Of a DNA stretch of 64,000 nucleotides, positions 13,356-28,351 are shown in pieces. The translations under genes and the position numbers were made by a program. The stretch's first letter is position 1. Each line of letters begins with the position of its first letter. The stretch is taken from assembly GCF_028641065.1 (NCBI RefSeq), contig NC_073388.1, positions 25,110,001 to 25,174,000 on the forward strand, read 5' to 3'. The notes beneath the pieces are model-generated. The model saw only the letters and a list, made by a program, of their open reading frames with translations, made no database searches and had not been told where the DNA came from. Origin of the DNA: Leucoraja erinacea (lineage: Eukaryota).

Positions 13356-13632
13356 CTGAGACAAAAGTGCTGGAGAAACTCAGCGGGTGCGGCAGCATCT
13401 ATGGAGCGAAGGAAATGGGCGACGCTTCGGACCAAACCCCTTCTTCAGACTTCCGAAACGTTGCCTACTTCCTTCACTCCATAGATGCTGCTGCACCCGC
13501 TGAGTTTCTCCAGCACTTTTGTCTAAATACAATGTATTGCACGCTCTTATATTTTACACAGGATTATTTAATCCCAGTGAACTCAACCAGTTCAAAATGA
13601 GAGCATCCAGCATCTGCAGTTTCTTCTTAAAC
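13356..13632. mobile_element. Inverted Penelope-like terminal repeat pair (second subfamily) upstream of RPS4X
   Basis: agacaaaagtgctggagaaactcagcgggtgcggcagcatctatggag and its reverse complement meet near 13450. Confidence 0.75.
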
Positions 13633-13659
13633 AATACATTGCACGTGGCTGTTATGGTT

Positions 13660-14439
<780 letters not shown>

Positions 14440-15500
14440 TGAAGTGACAGCACAGCCAAGCTGCAATGTGTTTTTTTTTAATTTGGGTAGATGGTGTTGG
14501 TACATGCTTGTACTGTCTACTCTGTTTTAATACAGTTGTGGGAAACACACTGATGATAAACAACACAAACTTGATTTGGGAACAGCTTTGCCCGCAAATT
14601 GCAGAGTTGTGGATGTAGAAGTTATGTGATGGTGTAGTTATGTGATGACCCCATCACATGGACCAGACATGCTATCTCAGGAGAGCAGCCAACATAATCA
14701 AGGACCGTTCCCATCCTAGCTATTCCTCTATTTCCCTGCCTTGGGCCAAAGATAGAGAAGCTTGAAAGTGAGCACCACCAGACTAAGTGTAGGAAAGAAC
14801 TGCAGATGCTGGTTTAAATCGAATGCAGACACAAAATGCTGGAGTAGCTCAGCGGGACAGGCAGCTTCTCTGGAGAGAAGGAATGGGTGACGTTTTGGGT
14901 CGAGACCCTTCACACCTGAAGGGTAGAGCATTTCTCCAGCATTTTGTGTGCCACCAGACGAAGGAACAGTTTCCTTCTCTCTGTTATTAGCCTTCTGAAC
15001 AATACTTCCATAAGCCAGGGCACAGTCCTGATTATCCAACCTATCTCATTACGGACATTGGATATTTTCTCTGGAACCGTTATGCTATATTTCTGTGGAA
15101 CCATATTCTGTAGTCTTGTAGTACATGTGACTAGAATAAACCTAAATCTGAAGTAAGGTTGCAGTGATCACAGAAGCTTTGGCCATTTGAAAGTTGACTG
15201 GATGTTTCTCCTTGATTTGCTGTTTTACAATTATCTGCAGTTAATGTCCTACATGCAGAGGGCCACCATTGATTTATTTTTGTTTTCCGGCACCCTTGGT
15301 TCCAGAGCCTTCCTGAATTATCAGTTTTGCCGGATCAACGGAGGTCAAGGAGGAGTTGGAACAGTCTGCTTAGACCACGGGGGGGGGGGGGGGGTCTGAG
15401 ATACCCGTCTACAAAGTTGGCTGTGGGAATCCACCGGCTTCAGCCAGGCCGGGGTTCTAAGGTCCCAGCCGCAGGGGACACATTCTGCCCACTGATCAGT

Positions 15501-15782
15501 CTAGTTTAGTTTAGAGATACAGCGCAGAAACAGGCCCTTCAGCCCACCGAATCCGCACCGACCAGCGAATCCCGCACATTATCACTATCCTACACTCACT
15601 GGGAACAATTTACAAACACTCACTAGGGACAATTTACACATACATCAAGCCAATTAACCTACATAACTGTACGTCTTTGGAGTGTGGGAGGAAACCGAAG
15701 ATCTCGGAGAAAACTCATGGGGAGAATGCATAAACTCTGTACAGACTGCGCCCGTAGTCGGGAACCTGCTGTGCCACTGTTG
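15501..15782 (-). mobile_element. HE1/V-SINE-type SINE in RPS4X intron 2
   Basis: Reverse complement of the 28352 family, with a short internal duplication. Confidence 0.8.
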
Positions 15783-16474
15783 CCCTGGCCCCGGAAGTTG
15801 GGTATGGGAACTGAACCGCAAGCTCTGGCCGGGCCAGAATCCCAGCACCCCGTCTGCAGGGAGCAAATTTGATCCGCTGATGGGTAGTCCAGATTAAAGG
15901 AGGTCCTAGGAAATCGGTGGTGGATCTGTATAATACATAAATAACATTTGTGTTTAACAAGTACAAGTAATGTTACCTCATTGTGGGTTGAAACAACTTT
16001 AAAAAAAATCTTGTGATGTATGCTACTTGGGTTACAGTAAAGCAGAATGAGTTACAAGGAGTTTCTGTCAATGTGTTTATATAAAAAAAAAAAAAATTGC
16101 AAATAATCACCAGTTCAGCATTGAGAAATATTTAACCATTTGGTCTGCTGACCTTTCAATGGAATTGGGAAAAGTTCTGTATGGCAGAAAATATGGGAAG
16201 AGGGACGGAACAAAAGGAGGAAGGGTTTACATGGAGAGAGGTACAGTGCTGAGAGTATAATAACACTTTTGAGAGCTGGAGATTCACAGCACTATTAATG
16301 ACGTGAAGGCAGAGAGAAAGGGTGAATAATAAAATATGGCATGTTGGTTAAAGAAAAAACTAAATAATAGTTATTTTTATTTTTTATATAGTTTTCAGAT
16401 TTTTATTGGAACATACTGTCTTAAGTTTTTTGAAATTCTGATTTATGTTGAATTAATCTGTAAAAAAATTTTAG

Positions 16475-16663
<189 letters not shown>

Positions 16664-17474
16664 TAGGATTTACCATACCTGGGATTCTAAATGCAGTTGG
16701 TGTCGTTTGCATGCTTTGTTTGACGTACATTGTCTTTGGCATGTTTCCGTTTCCAAGAGCTTCTCAATACTATTAATTGCTATTTCTTGGTAAATAAGAT
16801 CAAATTGCATGTTTCAGAGGTTAAAACCCCTAAACTAGAGGCCATCCAAATATCTGCTGGCCATGTTTAAAGTTCTGTTTTGGAAATTTTTGCTTCCTGA
16901 CATGTTGTATTTTGCGCCAACACTGGCTTGTGCTTGAATATTCTTTTTTCCTTTTGTTTCAAGTTCCTGCATAGTGGCTTCCACTTAATTTCTAATCTCT
17001 GCACCACCATTCTGCCCTAATTGTCATTACATTAGTAATGCGTAATCTGACAAGCTAAACTGGAAATATCCCCTTTCATTGCTTCCATCCCTTGAGATGC
17101 TTCTTAAAATGTATCCCTTCGGCAAAGTTTTTGGTCTTCGGTTATGATGAATTTTTAATGTGGCTTAGTGTCAAATTATATTTGTTAATATGTATTGTGC
17201 GATAATTTACGGCAGCAAAGATACTCAAACACTTGTTTGAGTCTGTCTAAATTCAGACTAAGAGGACACCTGAAGAATTTACCTTTGACTATTATATTCC
17301 GCAGACTCAATGTATGGTTTGGATATCTCTCTAGTTGATGTGTTTTTAGATTATGTAAATAATGCATTTCTAAATAATGGACACTACCATGAATTGGTGG
17401 AGTGCGGAAGCTTGTATGTCCCTACACCATGAATTCTGGTTTCTAAAATTCTGCATGTTTTTATTAATTTTCAG

Positions 17475-17572
17475 ATGTCATCAGCATTGATAAGACAAAT
17501 GAGCATTTCCGTCTGATCTATGATACAAAAGGTCGTTTTGCTGTGCATAGAATCACTGCTGAGGAGGCAAAG
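17475..17572 (+). CDS. RPS4X: RPS4X exon 4 ([33 protein letters not shown])
   Basis: ttcAG acceptor and GTAGCT donor; 98 nt. Confidence 0.97.
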
Positions 17573-18479
17573 GTAGCTGTTCCATTGTGGATTGTTATGC
17601 AACCATGTTTTAGCATGATGTGTTCAAGAGAAACCTGGATATTGTGCTCTTTTCTTTTTGAAACAACCCATTTCTCATTTGTGCAAAACAGTTCTGGCTG
17701 CACTGTTGGCTGTTGGCAGTGTTTTGTTTAATGCTTTATGCTAAGAAAGCGAATCTTTGGTCAAAATATGGAATGACCAGCAAGAGCTAAGGTTCAATGA
17801 GTTTGGATCATCTTTCATGGATTTCAATTGAATATGTGCTGGATACATGAAGTGAGCAAAAGCTTGCATCTTGGGCTGCCACCATTGCTGTGGCTCATGT
17901 TGAAAGACTGCAAAGCGGTCGGTATTATTTTCTAAATTAATTATATGGTTATCGACCCAGCAGAAGCCTCTGATTTTCTCTATAGAGTGTTGTGTTTTTG
18001 TTTGGACTTTTAAGTAGTTGTGTTTTTCAGTGGAGGAGCAAAAGGTCAGATTCACTGACTCAGAATAGTCTGGAAATCTTTGTTTCGAGTGCAAACTCAA
18101 AAATATGCGGAATGTTAAATGGCTGGATCTGTTGGGAAGTGCAATTTAATGCAGTGTGTACTTGATGTTGACATTGAATAGAAGTTGATGGGCCTGTCTG
18201 TCTTTTTATTATGTTTATTCAGAAAGAGCTGTTTAGGGACCCAGTTGTCCTTTAAGAGATGAAAATAGTTGATTTAAAGATTGCATGATATTGTTTATAG
18301 TATGAAATTAATTGTAATGAAAAAATCAATTTTCATTAATCAGGAACTTATCACCGATAGTTCTCCATCTCTTAAATTTGGGCTAGTCATACAAGATTGT
18401 TGAACCCCGCAGTTCTAGCGAGGGAGAATTGAATTATTTCCAAGAAAGACGTGATGTACTGCAAGGCGCACTCACAGAT

Positions 18480-20306
18480 TAAGGCCAGGTCTGCTGCATA
18501 CAAGTCAAACGATCCCGAGCGGTACAAAAAAGCCCGCTATGATCTCTGCAAAGCCATCAAGGATGTTAAGTGACAATGCCGGGACAAACCTGAGTCCCGG
18601 TATAATCACTCACCACATATGGAGAATGTGGCAAGGTTGAATAAGATAACTGGCTGCAAAGTAAGGGCAGGCAACATCATTGGTGAAAGTATGGCCCAAC
18701 CTGATAATCTGAATGCTCTCTGTTTGCTTTGAGCAAAAAACCAACCGGGCTGTGACACCTGGCCCTTCAGACTCTAGTGTGACTACAGCGGAGGTTAGAT
18801 CGGCCTTCCTGAGGTAAACCTGCAAAAAGCAATTGGCCCAGATGGAGTTCCTGGCCAAGTCCTTAGTAGCTGCATAGACCAGCTAGCAGGAGTATTCGTG
18901 GACATCTTTAATCTCTCCCAACACCGTTCTGAGGTACCCAACTGCATCAAGATGACCATCATTCCAGTGCTGAAAAAAAGCAAGACCTCATGCTTAAATG
19001 ACTACTGTCCAGTGGCCTTGACATCCACCATCAAATGTTTTGAGAGGCTTGTTATGGAACGCATTAAATCAAGTCTATCCAGTGGCCTTGACGCACTGCA
19101 TTTTGCCTACCGCCTCAAGGGTCCAGGGACGATGCCATTGCCCTAGCCCAACACTCACCCCTAGAACATCTGGGTAAGAGAGACACCCATGTCAGACTCT
19201 TATTCATAGACTACATCTCTGGCTTTAATACCATTATATTGTCTCAGCTCATCACCAAACTCACAGGACTTGATGTTAGCACTCATCTCTGCAACTGTCT
19301 CCTCGTCTTTCTGACCAACAGACCCGAATCAGTGAGGATAGAGGACAGATCATCCTCTACAATAATCCTCAACATGAGGGCTCCGCAAGGATGCGTTCTC
19401 AGCCCCCTTCACTCCTTGTCCACCCACAACTGCAGTCATGTACAAATATAATTCAATTTTCAAATTTGCAGACGACATCACCGTTGTGGGCCGGATATCA
19501 AATAATGATGAGACGGGAGTATGGAAAGTAGATCGAGAACCTTGTATCCTGGTGTCAAGACAACAACCCTTCTCTCGATGTTAGCAAGACATTGAGATGC
19601 TGATCAACTTCAGGAAGCAAAGTTTGTGGAATGCATTAAATCTAGTTCGTGCCAAAGCAGAGATGGTTGAAAACTTCAAATTTGTAGGAGTCAATATCGC
19701 AAACAGCGTCTCCTGGACCAACCATATTGAAACAATGATCAAGAAAGGTTTCCTTTGAAGCCTTAGGAATGTCCCCTACTACTCTCACCAACTTCTACAG
19801 ATGGACCACAGAAAGCATTTTATTAGGGTGCATCATAACTTGGTTTGGGAACAGTTTCATCCAAGAAATTGTGGACGCAGCCCAGACGATCACGCAAACC
19901 AACCTCCCTTCTATTGACTCCATTTATACCTGGTGCTGCTTTGGCAAGGCCAGCAGCATAATCAAGGACGAGTCACATCCTGGCTACTCCTTCTTCCATC
20001 TCTCAACAGGCAAAGGTATAGAAGTGTGAAAACGCACATCTTCAGATTCAGGAACAGTTTCTTCCCAGCTGTTTTCAGGCAACTGAATCATCCTAGTGTT
20101 ATCAGGCAACTGAATATACCTCTTTGGTGACCCTCAGACTATCCTTGATTGACTGCTGGCTTTGCCTTGCACTAAACATTATTCGCTTGTGTATCTCTAC
20201 ACTGAATGGGTCGATTGTAATCATGTACTGTCTTTCTGCAGACTGGATAGCACGCAACAAAGGTTTGTCACTGTACTTTGGTACACGTGATAATAAACTA
20301 AACTAA
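18480..20306 (+). mobile_element. Rex1/Babar-type LINE RT fragment (5'-truncated, degraded) in RPS4X intron 4
   Basis: Motifs [36 protein letters not shown] and TNFYRWTTESIL; 3' tail aataaactaaactaaa. Confidence 0.88.
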
Positions 20307-20541
20307 AAACCTTGGGCAAATCAATCACACTATGCTTAACAGTGACCCCCTTTCCCACCAATATCCTTAAATTCCTTATTATATAATGGAATCTATAATA
20401 TCTTAATAGATTTGTACAGGAGTAGGGGCAATGTTGCAAAGTTATCAAAAGCTCCATGGGAAGACATTGCAACTGTGCAGTTTTAAGTTCTTTCCCCATT
20501 TGGTGTTTGTGTGTAATTAATTATTTTCATTTGTTTTGCAG

Positions 20542-20713
20542 TACAAGCTGTGCAAAGTGAGGAGGCTTCGAGTGGGCACCAAGGGAATCCCACACCTTGT
20601 TACACATGATGCGCGAACTATTCGCTATCCAGATCCTCTAATCAAGGTCAACGATACTGTGCAGATTGATCTGGATACTGGCAAGATCACAGACTTCATT
20701 AAGTTTGACACAG
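20542..20713 (+). CDS. RPS4X: RPS4X exon 5 (YKLCKVRR...[10 protein letters not shown])
   Basis: tgcAG acceptor and GTACCT donor; 172 nt. Confidence 0.97.
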
Positions 20714-21519
20714 GTACCTGGATTGTTACAATAGAATGGACAATATTTTGAGTTGAGAGATTTACAGAAAATGCTCAAATGTGCAGCATATGTGCAGATA
20801 AAGGAAGTCCATGTTGCTGGTCAATGAAAGGTCTACTTATTTGAAAGATTTATCAATCCCTCTTGATGTTCTGACCAGCTGAGTATTTCCAGCATTTACT
20901 ATTTTTAATTTTGATTTCTAGCAATGGCACAAATTCACTTTTATAATCATGATGCTCCTGGCCATCTCTTCTCCTGACTGAGCATTTGGGGAAGGGTGGA
21001 CATATGGTACAAAACGCGTTTGACAAAGCAGAAGCTTAAATAAAGATTCCTCTCATTTCTTCCAGGCAAAAAAATAATGTTCCATTTTCTTGCAAACGTG
21101 TACTGAAAAGAATACAGAAGTACAGTACAGGTTTCCCTTTCATGATTTATTTTGTAATTCTTTGGTTAGATATATCAATTGCTTTGATGCAGAATATATA
21201 TAATGATATAATTAAGTCATTGATTGATTGAAAGATGCAGCACGGAAGTGTGCCTTTTGGCCCACTGAATCCTCGCTATCGTTCATTAATTTGCACTGTT
21301 CTATGTTATCCCACATGCATCCACTCCCTATACACGAGGAGCAATTGAGGCAAATTAACCCACATGCCATGAAAGTGGTCTGGTGCTATGTCATATTTTT
21401 GGCATTTCAGTGAGAGTTGGCATGAAGTAAAGTGGTGTGCAATATGATCCAGGATACAAGGTTAACAGTAATTTTGGCCTTTATTCTAAAAAAAAATTAA
21501 AAAGCTTGTCTCCCATTGA

Positions 21520-21744
<225 letters not shown>

Positions 21745-21833
21745 TAGTGATAATTGGAGGTCATTTTGTTACTGAAACTGTAGACCACATAAATAATTGT
21801 TGACCTATGTATGACTTGTTTTCTATCACTCAG

Positions 21834-21935
21834 GGTAACAAGCCATGGGTTTCCCTGCCTCGTGGGAAGGGTATCCGCCTTACCATTGCTGAAGAGAGAG
21901 ATAAGAGGCTGGCTGCAAAACAGAGCAGCGGCTAA
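21834..21935 (+). CDS. RPS4X: RPS4X exon 7 ([33 protein letters not shown])
   Basis: ctcAG acceptor and TAA stop. Exon lengths sum to 792 nt = 263 aa + stop. Confidence 0.97.
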   Translation, partial: GNKPWVSLPRGKGIRLTIAEERDKRLAAKQSSG

Positions 21936-21975
21936 ACATGTGAAATCAACAGTGGAGGTGACACAATGCAAAGAA

Positions 21976-21981
21976 ATTAAA
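21976..21981 (+). terminator. RPS4X: Probable RPS4X polyadenylation signal ATTAAA
   Basis: 40 nt after the stop codon, followed by a GT/T-rich tract at about 22000-22020. Confidence 0.65.
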
Positions 21982-22704
21982 AAGAACCTTTATGTATACA
22001 CTGTGTAGTTTTTTTTGTACAAATGCACTGTCATTAACACTACTGATGCACAAGATAAAGGTAGCAGCCTTGCAGAACTGCAATGGCATTGATATTGTGG
22101 AATATATAAAACTTTTTACAACTGTTTTATGGAGCACCTTGATGGAAACACTCAATGGCCCGCCTTGTAGCATACAGTTGGGAGACTGAACTGTATTTAC
22201 AAGAGTCAGATTTGTATATTTCTCAAAGACGATTATTGGTGTTTCCTGGTGTCTCAGACAACTTTTTTTCTCAGGTGTGGATTATGGAGTTATAGATTTG
22301 TGACAAGCTGCTCACTACTGAGTTTCAGGTTTTGGACAGAGCATGGGCAGGAATGGGGTTGGGTATGCATGGTTCAGGGGTGGTATTTTGGCATAGGTTT
22401 GCAGCTAGGGCTGGAGTCTGGCTGGGAATGGGAATTGGGACAATGCTTGTGAGCATTGTGGTAGCAATAATGTAGGACCCGGGTTGGAAAAAGGTTCACA
22501 TTTTCATTTGTGAATTGCTGGATTTAATGGACATGGATTTAAGGATGTAAATTAAATTCATTCTGCACCTCCATCATTCTGTATCCACCATTTTGCTCAA
22601 GGCAAGAAATGAGAATTGGAATTGAAAGGATCCAGGAAAGCGAGGAATTATAAAAGGACATAAGTCAAGATTAATGTTTGGGGACATGAAAGTATATAAA
22701 ATCA

Positions 22705-23045
22705 TGGGGGGGACTGGAGGGCCGCAGCTTCGACCACCCTGGGCCGCGGAGTTTGAACCGGCCCATTCGCGGCACTTGGATTCAGCCGCGGGACTGACAT
22801 TACCATCGCCCGGCGGGGTCACAACATCCGAAGCCTGGATCGCCTCGGCGCAGAGGGAGAACAAGGAGGGAAGAGACAAAGACTTAAGACTTTTGCCTTC
22901 CATCACAGTGAGGAGGTGCCTGGGTAAACTTACTGGTGGATGTTAAATTTGTGTTGTGTGGTTTTGTCATTTTTATTATATGCATGACAGCAAGGCAACA
23001 AAATTTCGTTCAGACTGAAAGGTCTAAATTCAATTCAATTCAATG
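22705..23045 (+). mobile_element. GC-rich SINE-like element with a LINE-type (attca)n tail, inserted in a CR1 remnant
   Basis: CpG-rich body, then aaatttcgttcagactgaaaggtct and (attca)n. Confidence 0.5.
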
Positions 23046-26000
23046 TGACGTGAGGAGGATCTTCACCCAGAAAATGGCAAGTATCCGAGGTTAGGTTTTC
23101 TGACGGCACTTGGGTGTAAAGTTGAGCACTTGAATTGCCATGGCATGGAAGGCTATCGATCAAGTAATGGGTGATGGGATTAATATAGAAGGATGCATAG
23201 TGGTCAGCGTGGATGAGTTGGGCAGAATGACATGTTGCTGTACTATGATTCAAATAATTACATAATTTTTAATTCCACTCCCCAAGCACTTGCATGAGCA
23301 AATTGGATAACAAAAAATAGATTTTGACTTGCCACACCGAATTACAAAATCATGTTCTGGAGAATTGGTTTTATCTTTGGAACCATTGGAACTTTCCTCA
23401 GTAATTAAATGGGAGGGTCTGTGTCCATTAGTTTAACTAGATTGCACATGATTAAATGCCATCTTCATAATCAATGCTGACCTATGCTTTATTTTAATAT
23501 TGTTTAAATAAACTTTTTGCACTATTTGAAAAAGAATAGCAATGGCAAAACGGTCATCAGCTTGAATTATCCTGCATTTAAATAGCTTTATCTTTCTTCA
23601 ACAATTTTCTGCAACATGCCTAACTCTTGTTCTGTGTCAAGATTTTTTTAATCAAATCTAGACACGTGGCTTTTTGAATTAAGGAGGGCAATTACTACCT
23701 GGAGTGAGCAAATAAACTACCTGCATGTGATGCATTGCCTTTTGATGAATGGATTAGTTTTACATAATCTTAAAACATTACACTGAGAAACATAAATTAG
23801 AATTTCATTCCAAGTAATACAATAGTATGAGATTTGGTCTATGATTAACCTGTTCAGGAATGCAGCACACACAACTGATACAGCAACAATGACGGAACAT
23901 TATCCATCATTGGAAGAAAATGCTGACATTAATGAATAAACATATAAACTACACTTCTCCTGAGAGACCCCCAGAATGTTAATTGTGATTATGGTTGATT
24001 TATTTCCAGTTTCTGAAAATATACCCAATTGACATGGTTAGAAGAGAAATTGCATTTTAATTTTCCAGAAGCTCAAACAAATTCTTTGGAATGCATTTGG
24101 AAGTTGCTTCAACTGAACTGACAAAAACAAATTGTAATTTGTAATTTAAAATTTAAAATATAATTTATTCATAATAATATACTGTATGGAAGTAAAGCAA
24201 TTGGTATGTCTTTACCTATTGTACTTTTTTTTCTGGAATGTATTAATGCTACTCATTTCCTCAAGCAATACCTCATAAGTCAAACAAGGAACTGCAATTG
24301 CTGGTTTAGGAAAAAAGACAAAGTGCTGGAATAACTCAGCAGGTCAGGCAGCATCTCTTGATAAAATGGACAGGTGACGATTCGGGTCGGGACACTTCTT
24401 CAGACTGAGCATTTGAGAAGCTGTTACACAATACCCTCAATATATAATAGCACAGAACCATAAACAAAGGTCTTGCCTATAAAGTATTTACCACAGCTAC
24501 TTTCCACTTCTGCTTCCTTCAGCATGTACTCCTGCATCCGGGACTGTGCCAGTCTGCGATTCTACAAGAGGTTCTCGATACACTTCAAGTTACAAATGTC
24601 AAAGGGGTGCAGTGTGGCAGAAAATGTTTGGGTGGGCAGGGTCTTGGTCTTTTGACATACCAGTTGCTGCCAGGCTTGGATGCCCTAAGAGGCTTTTCCT
24701 TGCTTTACTGTTGGAATGAGCACAGGCATCAAATCTGGATGTTCAATTGCAGTTTTTTTCTGCATAATGCAATTGAAATATCTTCATGGAATGGGCATGA
24801 TTATATTCATTTCATTATCAAGGTGCAAAATCCTTCAAGCAATTTCTGCACCAGGACCACATTCCTCATTCAATATGCCTATGGGAGCACTATGGGGGTA
24901 CATGGGTCAGTTTACCTTGGACAAGATTTCTGCACTGTTGACACAGTCCCATCTTGAAACTAGCATCCATCTAGCAGGTCAAATACATACGTGCATCTTT
25001 GGGTACTTGAAATCTCCTGATCTGCAGTCCATACCCAATCGATCCCCTTTGTCCCACAAACCCGAAAATAACATTCTGGCTTCCAATGCCTCAGTCTTCG
25101 TTAAATTCCAGGCCTTACCTGTCATTCCATGCATATACAAGGGAAAAAGAAAGTCATTATTTCCCTCCTGATGTTCAGATCAGTCCCCATCCCCTGACCC
25201 CACACAAAATTGTTCAGAAACGGCAATTTAATAATTTTTTGCAGGAAAAGTGAAGATGTAGAAAATCAATCAACATTCTAGCCTAATTGCAGGAAATGTA
25301 GATTTTCTGCACAGTGTCCATTACTTCAGTGTACATACGGTAGTTTCCCACCAAAATTGGCGGCAGACGGAATTTAATCCAGACACATGTGAGACACGTG
25401 CACTTTTGGGTCTTTAAGTGCAGAATAAAGAGCAGGAACTTAGGAGCAATGGTGTACAGAGAGACCTTAGAGTGCAATTTTCATAGTCTCCGAAAGTAGT
25501 GACATAGGTAGATAGGGTAGTGAAAACGGCATTTTGTCTGTTTGCCTTCAGAGGCCGAGGCATTGAATGTAAGAGCTGGGACGTCATCTTGCAGTTGTAT
25601 AAAACATGAGTTAGTCCACAATTGGATATTTTGTGCACTTCTGGTTGCTACACTAGGGAAGGATGTGCTTGAAATAGGAGAGTGCAGAAGAAATTCACCA
25701 GGAAGTTGCCTGGAATGGTGGGCTGTAGTTGCAAAGAGAAATAGCCTGGTTTGGGTTTATGAAGGTTAACTTTATAGAGGCTTATAAAATGAGGTTCATA
25801 GGTAAGATAGTCAGAATCGTTTTCCCAGGGCAGAGAGACCCAGAACCAGAGGGCAGAGGTTTAGGGTGAGAGGGGAAAAAAAAAAGATATGAGGTCGACA
25901 AAAATGCTGGAGAAACTCAGCGGGTGAGGCAGCATCTATGGAGCGAAGGAAATAAGCAATGTTTCAGGCAGAAACCCTTCAGACTATGTTTTGAATGCAA

Positions 26001-28351
26001 AGGGAAGTCAATATCTGAAATGACCTGCCAAATTACAACAATTACAGCATTTAATACATGCTTGAGGGGGCAAGTATTTGGACAAGAAAGCAAAGATATG
26101 AGCCCAATGTGGACAAATGGGATTCATGTAAATAGACATCACGATCAGCATGGAGAAAGTTGACGAAAAGGGCTTGTTTCTGTGCTGCGTGTTTCTCATT
26201 CCAAGATTCTATGAAAAGGGCTGACCTTGCAACTCTAAAGCATAAAACTGCTGACTTGACCCCCGATCACACACAAACCACTTGCGCCACTAACCTCCTC
26301 CTACTCTCTCTCAACCTCCCTCCCCATCCCACATTAACCTGCCCTCCAAGGACCCCATCTGACCCTTATTCTTTGTGCCCCCATTCTTGGGTGATGGGCC
26401 TTGATGCACCATATGATTGCGGAGGGAGGGAGGAAGTAGGTGGAGAAATTTCAATCAGCAAATTAAGATGATGTACCTGATGTTAAATTCCTATTAAAAA
26501 TACGGTGATTAGCCTATTTAAAGTTAGATTGAAATTCCAATGATATATTCAAAACATTTTGAAGTAAAGTAGGTTTGATTTTAAAGCTAGAAAACCTCCA
26601 AAACACTGGAAAATGAATGAAGTTTGCCACTCAAGAAATGAAACCTTATCTCCTCAGCATTCTAATCTTTGAATGACTTTTAACATACATACTATGAAAT
26701 GTTTGGTTTGTGTCATTTTCTGAGCCTTGGGTGGACTTTCAGCATCTATTAAATTTAGAATGTTATTTCTCTGTGACTATCACGATTATTCTCTATACAA
26801 GGATTACGTTTTTGGTAGGCTGCAGGTAGTTTTTTCATTTGGTATTTAATGGGTTCGCCAACATTTTCATACAGTTTTGGAAGACTTTAACTTTTATTTC
26901 TTGGATGAAGACAAATATTTCAGTTTTGAGCATTAGACCAATTTCTGGTTTACAACACATCTAAGGCCACCCCCATTAACAGTCTTTCCTAACCTGTGAA
27001 GATATATTTAATGGTGAGAATTAATTGATACTATCTGCTGGTGGATATGGTGCTCAGCGAGGCACCAGTGAGGTTCAGATTAGAGGATAATTACTGTTTA
27101 GTCTGTTTGGAGGCTGCTTTGATGCTGGATTTGAAGGAGTGGATGTTTAAAGACAGCTCAACTACCCAATGTAAACATAACAGAACCCAGCTGAGATCCT
27201 GGTGGATCGCATGTGTAAAGGTTCATTCCTGCTTAATGAGCTAGTATTAAGAGATAGAGTTTACCTCAAGTTGCCTCACCCTTGAGATGTCTGAAGATAA
27301 TTGCATTTGCACCTCGATATGGCAAGAAAAAAGCCTTTTACAAACTTAATTTATATTATTACCACAAATGTGGAAAAGGAAGAAATAATGTAATCTATGG
27401 CCTTCCTGGTCTTTATGTGCTGGTTTAGATTCAGTGGTAGAACTCTTGCCTCTCAGGCTCCTGATCCAACCAGTTTAGCAATAATCTAGGCTTTGTTACT
27501 GTGGGTTATGGTAAGAAGACTCTTGGCATCATTTAAAGAAGAGCAGTAGTGTTAGCAGGGGGCAGCTTCATACAAAAGGAATGTAATATCACAGCCACAG
27601 TATGTTGTAAGTAATTAAATGGACATGTAATGGTTTGGAATATTCTGAACTCATGAAATGAATGCGTTATTGTGTAAATGTGCAGGGGGTCTTTTCATTC
27701 TGAAGATTACCCTGTCTTTTTCTGTTTTTGAGGTGCTGGATATCCTGCTCTGCTCCGTTTACTTGTGTTTCTCACATCTGGAGGTTAATTGAAAGGAATA
27801 TTATGGGGTTGAACAAAGTTCCTGCTTGTTGCTGGGTGCAGGGTCTGTTTATTCCATGTGTGCTGGAATGCAGCCTGGTGTTATGTCCCATTGTACTTAT
27901 CGGCAGCTCAATAAAATTATGTTGCTCACCATGGTAATCCTGGATTAGTAAATTCAGGCAAACAAAATTCTGTTAAAAGACACACTATTTCTCCATACAA
28001 TTGTCGTGTTCAATTAGTTATTAGAGTAGATTATGACATAAATAATAATGCCAGCATCAGCTTTTCCCTACCCTGTTTGATCAGGGAGTGAAGTATGAGA
28101 CTACTACTCTTGATTTAAGATTTGGCACCATGTTAACTGATATGTACCAAATTAGTATTGTGGTGAAATCAATGCTTAAGGCATTATGGCCCAACCATGC
28201 ATCATTGGATCACTGGAGTTTAACGCAGATACAAATCTCAGAAGACGTCAGCATCATTATTCTTCTTGGTTATAACATGGTAATTTTCTAATATGAATCA
28301 CAATTAAGGCTGTTAAGAGATGAGTGCAGTGAGAAAATAAACATTGCGTTA

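Noticed and set aside
15247-15930. Tigger/pogo-like MITE around the SINE in RPS4X intron 2
   Set aside because: The ends show only partial inverted similarity and the left TA is unclear, which is not enough to call it.
17144-17275. Possible C/D snoRNA in RPS4X intron 3 (ATGATGA...CTGA)
   Set aside because: No terminal complementarity, and the sequence resembles a decayed LINE 3' end.
20949-20981. Possible C/D snoRNA in RPS4X intron 5 (ATGATG...CTGA)
   Set aside because: The boxes span only about 30 nt and there is no convincing terminal stem; too short.
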